Source: a virus | Virus record (IMG/VR): IMGVR_UViG_3300001201_000002 | Location: 1-64,000 of that record | Reading direction: 5' to 3' (one strand) | Length of the DNA: 64,000 bases | In this document: one piece after another, positions 8,331-15,133 of the stretch | How the letters are laid out: every line of letters begins with the position of its first letter | How positions within the stretch are numbered: position 1 is the stretch's first letter | Position numbers and translations under genes: made by a program | The notes under the pieces: model-generated | Seen by the model: the letters and a program-made list of their open reading frames with translations, nothing else | Told to the model about the DNA's origin: nothing | The model's database searches: none

Positions 8331-8585
8331 ATGACAATTGCTTCAACCACAGCCACAGAACTCGAAGAAATTCTACGTGCATACATCGACGAGCAGTCTA
8401 TGCCCATCACCGATGGTATCGACTACGATCTTGGGGACAATCTCCACGACAAATTGGGTCTGGATCAGCTTGATATTCTTGAAATGCTCATGCACCTAGA
8501 AGAACTCTTTACAATCGAAATGCCTGACGATGATTACGTGTCCCTCCAAGACATGATCACTGCAGCTGAGGAACAAATTGGATGA
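8331..8585 (+). CDS. acyl carrier protein homologue lacking the phosphopantetheine Ser (Ser to Gln)
   Basis: KLGLDQLDILEMLMHLEELFTIEMPDDDYVSLQDMI aligns with the ACP core [35 protein letters not shown]. The Ser codon position is CAG at 8466-8468. Confidence 0.75.
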   Translation: MTIASTTATELEEILRAYIDEQSMPITDGIDYDLGDNLHDKLGLDQLDILEMLMHLEELFTIEMPDDDYVSLQDMITAAEEQIG

Positions 8586-8968
8586 GTTCTTCAGCCTCAG
8601 ATGCCTGGTATGTGAAGAAGGGAGGATACTATTATAGACCTAAGGCCCAAGGTTACACTCCTCACATCTGGGAAGCCGGCCGGTTCACCTACGAAGAAGC
8701 CTACAGCCACTCTCACCCTAATGGCCCAGACGGACCAAGAGACGGCATCACCATGGGCAAAACTTCCAATGTTCACATTGGCTTAGGTGGTTGGCTCGAA
8801 CGGGTTCAAGTTCACGAACCAGGTGAAGCACAGACTCCTCCTTCCACATTGGAAGAGTGGTTCTACGTCTCTGACGCCAATGTCATCATCGCGTTCTTCC
8901 GTAATATGGACGACGCATTCACATTCAAACTCGACTACATCAATGGAAAGCTGAACAAATGCCGCTGA
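8582..8968 (+). CDS. hypothetical protein (128 aa)
   Basis: ATGA overlap with the ACP-like gene. Confidence 0.6.
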   Translation: MSSSASDAWYVKKGGYYYRPKAQGYTPHIWEAGRFTYEEAYSHSHPNGPDGPRDGITMGKTSNVHIGLGGWLERVQVHEPGEAQTPPSTLEEWFYVSDANVIIAFFRNMDDAFTFKLDYINGKLNKCR

Positions 8969-10077
8969 AGATACTCACACCCTCGCAAGCGAAAGAGCAC
9001 ATCGTATTTGCACTTCGCTCGATCCCACCTGAGATCCCTTACATTGCCGGAGAGCCTGGTATCGGGAAGACCGACATTCAGAGCCAGGTGGCAGAAGAAT
9101 TCAACCTGAAGCTCATCGTTGAGCACCTGAGCCAGCGTCTCCCTGAAGACCTCACAGGCATGCCACGCATCAATGCCGACACAGGTCGCTCAGAGTATGT
9201 GCCCTTTGGCATTATCCCTCTGGAAGGTGACCCATTGCCTGTGGATGATGACGGCGATGAGATGGAAGGCTGGTTGCTATTCCTCGACGAGCTTGCAGAT
9301 GCAGACGATGCTGTCTGGTCAGCAATCTATCCACTACTCATGGGACGCACAGTCGGCGGCCGTAAGATCCACGACAAAGTTCTGATCAGCGCGGCCGGCA
9401 ACCGGGAAAGCGATGGCGCACTGTCTCGTAAGCTCCCTGACACTCTTGTCACCCGCATGTTGTGCCGTGAAATGCGTGCCTCTCATGAAGACTGGTTGGA
9501 ATGGGCTAAGTCCTCTTCCAAATCAAACGAACGGGTTGTCCAGTTCATAGAGAACAACGCAACCATGTTGCTCTCGACCATGAAACCAGAAGAACGGCAA
9601 GAGCTTCAGGCTTATGAGTCACCACGTGGCTGGGCTAAAGTGATGAATATCGTGAACACCCACGAGCGCATCACCAAGGCAACTGACACCAACGAACTGG
9701 GTATTACCCTGTCTGAGGCTGCAGTCCACAACATCCAGGCTGCCGTAGGTGACTTCGCCTCCAAAGCTTTCGTTGACTTCTACGACAGCTCCACCACCTT
9801 GCCTTCACCATTTGACATCGTGACATCTCCGTCATCGTCGATCGTGCCTCCTACCTCAGTGGGCAAAGCACGTTTGACAACGTCACTGGCTGAATACTTC
9901 CTGCACAACAAGGGCGACTCAATCGTCACAAATGCAATCATGAAGTACATCAACCGTCTGCCGAAAGACAACGGCGGTCAGTTCTTCCAGTTGGTTGAAG
10001 CAGGTCTGGGTCAGATCTCATCTGATCAAGCTCTCTTGAAATCACTCCAGAAGACTCTCGGTCTGGACCTCATCTAA
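8959..10077 (+). CDS. MoxR-type AAA+ ATPase
   Basis: Walker A GEPGIGKT and Walker B LLFLDELADAD. Immediately followed by a VWA partner. Confidence 0.8.
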   Translation: MPLKILTPSQAKEHIVFALRSIPPEIPYIAGEPGIGKTDIQSQVAEEFNLKLIVEHLSQRLPEDLTGMPRINADTGRSEYVPFGIIPLEGDPLPVDDDGDEMEGWLLFLDELADADDAVWSAIYPLLMGRTVGGRKIHDKVLISAAGNRESDGALSRKLPDTLVTRMLCREMRASHEDWLEWAKSSSKSNERVVQFIENNATMLLSTMKPEERQELQAYESPRGWAKVMNIVNTHERITKATDTNELGITLSEAAVHNIQAAVGDFASKAFVDFYDSSTTLPSPFDIVTSPSSSIVPPTSVGKARLTTSLAEYFLHNKGDSIVTNAIMKYINRLPKDNGGQFFQLVEAGLGQISSDQALLKSLQKTLGLDLI

Positions 10078-10086
10078 GGAAACCAC

Positions 10087-11304
10087 ATGCTACCTCCATC
10101 AAGAACCTGGGAAGATGTGAACTTTCGCAAGGAAGTCTACAAAATCATCACCAGCGATAGCCGTTTCGACGGCATGGCATCCTACCTGTCAAGCGTCCAC
10201 ATGTGCTGGTCCTACACGACAGCAAACTCAGTATCAGGCTACGGCTTCATGTTCTTCAATCCCGACTGGTGGGATCTCCTGCCAGAAGAGACACGTAAGA
10301 CTGTGATCTTCCACCATGGCCTGGCACTCCTCTGCCGGCACCGTCAACGCGGAGAAGGCCTGCAGCCTATCGTCTTCGCCCAAGCGAGCCAGAATGTCAT
10401 CAACTTGGTGGCCTCAGACGAAGGTTTCACCGCGGATGGTTGGAACTGGACCTGTGATCATATCTTCACTGGTTCCTCTGTCGAGAACGTCTACACACTT
10501 CTGATGGAGCAGGAAGACTACACTGCTCCTGAAGATCTGTTGGCATCCATCCTCCCAGATGAGATGCTGGAAGACATGATCGAGTCTGTGCTGGACGAAG
10601 ATGGCAAACCAATCGACCTGGAAGACGCCAAAGCAGAAGACGAAATCAACGTTGTGCGTACCGTGGAAAATGGTCCCGGTTACGGCATCGGTTTCGTTGG
10701 AGGCTCAGCTGGTCTTGACCTGAACATCGGTCACCAGGAAGAAATCATCGTGGGAGCCACCTACGAGGAGATCCTGGAGCCTTACACGGACACCGGGGAA
10801 CCACAGATGACAAGGACATATCGTCGTCCTAGCCGTCGCTCAGCTGGTTCAGACTTCATCCTACCGGGACGCATGAAGATCAAAGGGCATCGCCCTGATC
10901 GCATCAAGCACCTGTACCTTCTCTTGGATGTGTCAGGCTCGATCGGCCAGGAACAGGCTCGTCAGTTTAACTACTCAGCCCAAACCATCAAATCGACTTT
11001 GGATCCTGAGATGATGACTGTCATGTTCTTCGACACGCGCATCGTGAAAGAAGTCTCCTTCAAGGACACAGAAAAATATACTCCTCTGAAGGTACGCGCC
11101 GGCGGAGGCACCAACCTCAACCCACCTTACAAGCGTATCGCTGAAATCAACCCAGAATTGGTTATGATCTTCACAGACATGCAAGTGGGAATTCCTGATC
11201 AGCCTGAATGGGACACGATCTGGATGGTGCCTGACAAGCAATGCCCAATCCCGAAAGATCTGTACGGACAGGTCTACCTGATCCCACCACGGGAGAAGGT
11301 CTGA
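10087..11304 (+). CDS. von Willebrand factor A (VWA) domain protein
   Basis: MIDAS motif LLLDVSGSIG in the C-terminal half. Pairs with the upstream MoxR ATPase. Confidence 0.75.
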   Translation: MLPPSRTWEDVNFRKEVYKIITSDSRFDGMASYLSSVHMCWSYTTANSVSGYGFMFFNPDWWDLLPEETRKTVIFHHGLALLCRHRQRGEGLQPIVFAQASQNVINLVASDEGFTADGWNWTCDHIFTGSSVENVYTLLMEQEDYTAPEDLLASILPDEMLEDMIESVLDEDGKPIDLEDAKAEDEINVVRTVENGPGYGIGFVGGSAGLDLNIGHQEEIIVGATYEEILEPYTDTGEPQMTRTYRRPSRRSAGSDFILPGRMKIKGHRPDRIKHLYLLLDVSGSIGQEQARQFNYSAQTIKSTLDPEMMTVMFFDTRIVKEVSFKDTEKYTPLKVRAGGGTNLNPPYKRIAEINPELVMIFTDMQVGIPDQPEWDTIWMVPDKQCPIPKDLYGQVYLIPPREKV

Positions 11305-11486
11305 TGGAAGATTTCTACGCTGCAGTAGGGGAGGGTGCCATATTTATTGGCATCCTCGGCATCTTCTTTGTGTTGATCTGGGTAATGCTCGATTCTGAAT
11401 TCGATCCTATCTCGGCAACCCAAGGGTCCATTGCGTTAACAACTGTGTTTGGTTTCATACTTGGCGCATGGTGGTTCTTCATGTAG
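11304..11486 (+). CDS. small membrane protein (60 aa)
   Basis: Start overlaps the previous stop (TGATG). Two TM helices. Confidence 0.5.
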   Translation: MEDFYAAVGEGAIFIGILGIFFVLIWVMLDSEFDPISATQGSIALTTVFGFILGAWWFFM

Positions 11487-11531
11487 GTAACGGTTATCAG
11501 GAATTCCCTGTTAACCCGAACTGGAGAATAC

Positions 11532-11663
11532 ATGTTTGACTCACTGAAAACTGCCATCAAAGCGTTCATCATCCGTCAACTCCTTGACCTAGTCTTGGAA
11601 GAGCTGGAAGCTGGCCTAACCCCTGAAGTTGAAGCAATTCTGCTTGCTGAAATCAACAAATAG
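11532..11663 (+). CDS. hypothetical protein (43 aa)
   Basis: ATG after GGAGAA. Amphipathic helix. Confidence 0.35.
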   Translation: MFDSLKTAIKAFIIRQLLDLVLEELEAGLTPEVEAILLAEINK

Positions 11664-11672
11664 GATTTCGTC

Positions 11673-11942
11673 ATGAGCCTCAACATTATGGAAACCCTGG
11701 TCAAATTCTTGATCTCACACGACGTTTCGTCTTCGGGCGATGAGCGAGTGATGGCCAATGGTGTTGATTTTGATACTGCCTGTCGCGCGTTTTACGTGGA
11801 TGGGCTGTTGACTTCGATCACCTACATCACAGAGAACGACCAGACAATTACCAAAACTGTCCAACAAGGAACTTACCACCCGACTAAGATTAAACAGGTG
11901 GTTTCACGAGTTGGCACTGGTAACATCATCGGTATGTGGTAA
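11673..11942 (+). CDS. hypothetical protein (89 aa)
   Basis: ATG after TAGGAT. Open frame. Confidence 0.55.
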   Translation: MSLNIMETLVKFLISHDVSSSGDERVMANGVDFDTACRAFYVDGLLTSITYITENDQTITKTVQQGTYHPTKIKQVVSRVGTGNIIGMW

Positions 11943-12014
11943 CTTCACCACAACCATCGACAATTAAGGGCTTCTCATTGATTTGGGGAGCCTTTTCATT
12001 TCAAGGAGCACACT

Positions 12015-12566
12015 ATGATCATCAACGGCAAAAGCTTACTTAAAGCGGCACCCATTCAAAACATGCAGACATCTAAACAGAAGTTTGGAGGAGTCTCCCA
12101 CGGCCTTGCAGAGGCTGGCTACGATATTCGTATTGCACAAACCGTGAAATTCTACCCATCAAATTGGTTTTTCCACTCTGGTATCATGATCACAGGACTA
12201 TCAGATATAACCGAGAAGATGGAGACGTATCGTACCTCTGGGCGTTTCACTCTAGCTTCGGCTATCGAGAAATTCCAAATGCCTAACGATCTCGTCGGAG
12301 TTGTTCATGACAAGTCAACATGGGCACGTCGTGGACTATCCGTGTTCAACACAGTTATTGAACCAGGTTGGAACGGCTACCTTACGCTGGAGTTGGTATT
12401 TCACGGAAATAAGCCTGTTGTAATTGAGGCCGGTCAAGGAATTGCACAAGTCCTTTTCTCTAAGTTAGAGGAGCCAGGAGACTATGGAAACGGGAAGTAC
12501 CAAAACCAAGAAAATAGACCAGTCGAAGCTCGCACTGAGCACCGCACGTTGGATCGTAAAGTCTGA
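12015..12566 (+). CDS. dcd: dCTP deaminase
   Basis: GYDIRI, HDKSTWARRGLSV and EPGWNGYLTLEL blocks typical of the dCTP deaminase/dUTPase trimeric fold. RBS AAGGAG. Confidence 0.85.
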   Translation: MIINGKSLLKAAPIQNMQTSKQKFGGVSHGLAEAGYDIRIAQTVKFYPSNWFFHSGIMITGLSDITEKMETYRTSGRFTLASAIEKFQMPNDLVGVVHDKSTWARRGLSVFNTVIEPGWNGYLTLELVFHGNKPVVIEAGQGIAQVLFSKLEEPGDYGNGKYQNQENRPVEARTEHRTLDRKV

Positions 12567-12744
12567 GACGGTTGCAGCGACCAAACACCTGGTCTACCAC
12601 GGAATCCCTCATCGGATAATTCAGTCGGATGAGGGTTACTGGATCAACGTATCCTGGAAGAACGGAATCACAGCTCCACTTAGCTATCAGGAGCTCGACC
12701 AACTTCCAGACTACCTGATCTATCAACCAAGAGGAAAATCATGA
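12484..12744 (+). CDS. hypothetical protein (86 aa)
   Basis: Open frame overlapping the dcd 3' end by 83 nt. The start is uncertain. Confidence 0.4.
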   Translation: METGSTKTKKIDQSKLALSTARWIVKSETVAATKHLVYHGIPHRIIQSDEGYWINVSWKNGITAPLSYQELDQLPDYLIYQPRGKS

Positions 12745-13211
12745 CTCAACACCCACAAGTGAAGGCGTATAGGCGCCAACGTATGCTTGAGGTTCGGAAG
12801 ATTGTTGCAGAGACAGTTAAGAATGGTGGTCGCGTTGACCAGCTGTCTATTGCTGAAGCTGACGTCCCAAGATACCTCATTGCCCTGCAAGACATGCTGG
12901 ACGATGCAAACACCCGCCATGCTAAGGCGACAGATCACATTCAGAAGAATGCCAATGCTCTGGCTGATACTGAAGAGATGTACCTGTCGGCTATGGCTGA
13001 TTCAGGTAACCAGTTCCTTGCAATGCACGAAGAGATCCTCCGCGCTGAATCCCATGCTGACAACATGGAAGATGAAGCAGTTCGTCTCTCTGAAGGTTGG
13101 AATCGGGCAAATATGGACGTGAACTCTTTGACCATGGAAAACGAGAATTTACAGCGTCGTATAGAAGCACTGCTGTCGACTATCGCTATCCTGTCGGAGG
13201 GTTCCGTATGA
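12741..13211 (+). CDS. hypothetical coiled-coil protein (156 aa)
   Basis: ATGA overlaps at both ends. Heptad-like C-terminal half. Confidence 0.6.
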   Translation: MTQHPQVKAYRRQRMLEVRKIVAETVKNGGRVDQLSIAEADVPRYLIALQDMLDDANTRHAKATDHIQKNANALADTEEMYLSAMADSGNQFLAMHEEILRAESHADNMEDEAVRLSEGWNRANMDVNSLTMENENLQRRIEALLSTIAILSEGSV

Positions 13212-14689
13212 GCGAGTTGCGTGATAAATCACAAACTAAACCTCAGCTACTAATCATCGGTCATGGGCGCCATGGGAAGGACAGCTTTGCTGAACTTCTC
13301 TCGGTCATCTGCGGCCTTCAGTTCACATCCTCCTCACACTTCGTCGGTGAGCGCTGTATCTGGCCTGCTTGGGGCCAAGAGCGTTACGAAACGTTTGAGG
13401 ATTGCTTTGTGGACCGGGTTAACTACCGGAAAACATGGGCAGATTTGATCTCAGCATGGAACACTCCAGACAAGGCTCGCACTGCGCGGACTATGTTCGA
13501 AGAAGGCAACCACATGTATGTCGGCATGCGTCGTAAAGACGAGTTCGATGCTTGCATGGAAATTGACCTGTTTGACCATGTGATCTGGGTGGACGCGGGG
13601 AACCGCTTGCCTCTGGAACCAGCAGACTCAATGGAGATGGTCCGTGAGATGGCTGATCTCTATGTGGACAACAACGGTGCTGAAGGAGCTTTGCTCGATT
13701 ACGCCTTGGCCATACAGAAACACCTCCACGACGAGGGGTTCTATGTGGGATACCATGAGCCAATCATCGAAGAGAAGTCAGAACCTGTGTTCAAAACAGC
13801 TCGCCCAATCGAGAAACCTGAACTTGAAATAGCTGAAGAGCCAGTAGAGAAAGGTGATCGTCTAACTTGGTTCGATGCCCCTGAGGGCGCCACTCCAGTC
13901 CTTGACCACGGGTTTATCCAGGTGAAGGAAGTGATGGGCTCTGATAAGGACATCGCTGACTCTGCTCGTATGAGTTACGGACGCGGCACCAAGACGGTGA
14001 ACAATGACCAAGGTCTGATTAATTATCTTGTTCAGAATCACCATACATCACCACTTGAGATGGGTGAGATCAAGTTCCACATTCGTCTACCGATCTTCAC
14101 CATGCGTCAGTGGGTGCGTCACCGCACAGCTAACCTGAACGAGTATTCAGGACGTTATTCTGAGATGATCCGTCTGTTCTACATTCCTGAATTGGATAAA
14201 ATCATGTATCAGGGCTTGGTCAACAAGCAGATGTCTGGTGAACCATTACCAGAAGAACTAGCCAAGGGAGCTCAAGACGTGATGAGGATAGCTTCTATGG
14301 AAGCGTTCAATGCCTACGAACGTCTGCTCAACGAAATGGATGTATCACGGGAGACTGCCCGCATCGTTCTACCCCTTAACACCTACACAGAGGTGGTCTG
14401 GAAGATGGATGTTAGCAATCTACTAAAGTTCTTGTACTTGCGTGACGACCCACATTCTCAATGGGAGATTCAGGTCTATGCTCGCGAAGTTGCAAAAGCT
14501 GTGAAAGAATACTTCCCTGCAGTTTATGCTGCTTACGAGCGTTCTAAGACACGTGTTTCGTTAAACGAAGATCAGCTTTACGCTCTCATGACGTCAGACA
14601 CATCTCACCTTGGAAAAGGTGAAACTGCTGTGGTTGAAGGCATTGTGAAAAAAATGTTTAAGCGTGCAGCACTTGAAGACTTAGCCTAA
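13208..14689 (+). CDS. thyX: dNMP-kinase-like P-loop domain fused to FAD-dependent thymidylate synthase ThyX
   Basis: C-terminal half carries the ThyX signature RHRTANLNEYSGRYS. The N-terminal ~190 aa has LLIIGHGRHGKDSFAELL (cf. T4 gp1 GVKRSGKDT). Start is at ATGA with GGAGGG upstream. Confidence 0.85.
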   Translation: MSELRDKSQTKPQLLIIGHGRHGKDSFAELLSVICGLQFTSSSHFVGERCIWPAWGQERYETFEDCFVDRVNYRKTWADLISAWNTPDKARTARTMFEEGNHMYVGMRRKDEFDACMEIDLFDHVIWVDAGNRLPLEPADSMEMVREMADLYVDNNGAEGALLDYALAIQKHLHDEGFYVGYHEPIIEEKSEPVFKTARPIEKPELEIAEEPVEKGDRLTWFDAPEGATPVLDHGFIQVKEVMGSDKDIADSARMSYGRGTKTVNNDQGLINYLVQNHHTSPLEMGEIKFHIRLPIFTMRQWVRHRTANLNEYSGRYSEMIRLFYIPELDKIMYQGLVNKQMSGEPLPEELAKGAQDVMRIASMEAFNAYERLLNEMDVSRETARIVLPLNTYTEVVWKMDVSNLLKFLYLRDDPHSQWEIQVYAREVAKAVKEYFPAVYAAYERSKTRVSLNEDQLYALMTSDTSHLGKGETAVVEGIVKKMFKRAALEDLA

Positions 14690-14696
14690 AGAAACG

Positions 14697-14721
14697 AGGA
14701 GGCCCATTAAGTTGGCCTCCT
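14697..14721 (+). terminator. hairpin terminator after thyX
   Basis: 8-bp stem AGGAGGCC/GGCCTCCT. The T-run is weak. Confidence 0.5.
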
Positions 14722-14788
14722 TGACTATTTGGTAATTTTCCTTGTAGATGAGACCTAATCAATCCCAACGGATAAAGGTTTCCACTCC

Positions 14789-15133
14789 ATGGCTCGAAAT
14801 ACCATCCCTACTATCCAGCTGAAGCGTGGGAACACCTTCCGTCTGGACATCTCAGCGACTGATCCAAATGCAGAAAATTTGCCAGTCGATCTCACTGACT
14901 ACGTCATCACCGCCCAATTGCGTTACGGCGACGAATTAGCGGCCGATCTTCAGGTTATCCTGACAGACGTTACCGCTGGTGACTTCTCCCTCTACCTCAA
15001 TGCTTCCTTGGTTCGAGAACTCAAGGTTCGCAAGTATGATGGAGACATCCTGTTTCACACACCGGATGGGACGTTTATCTCTTCCGAATCATTCATTCTC
15101 GATCTGGAAAAAGAGGTGACACGTTTTGCTTAA
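14789..15133 (+). CDS. hypothetical beta-rich protein (114 aa), coupled to tailspike
   Basis: Its own RBS (AAAGG). Overlaps the TTG start of the next gene by 8 nt. Confidence 0.6.
   Translation: MARNTIPTIQLKRGNTFRLDISATDPNAENLPVDLTDYVITAQLRYGDELAADLQVILTDVTAGDFSLYLNASLVRELKVRKYDGDILFHTPDGTFISSESFILDLEKEVTRFA

Noticed and set aside
13097-13207. Upstream extension of the ThyX fusion ORF to 13097, as given in the ORF track.
   Set aside because: It would overlap the preceding gene by 115 nt. ATG 13208 has a GGAGGG RBS and the typical ATGA coupling.
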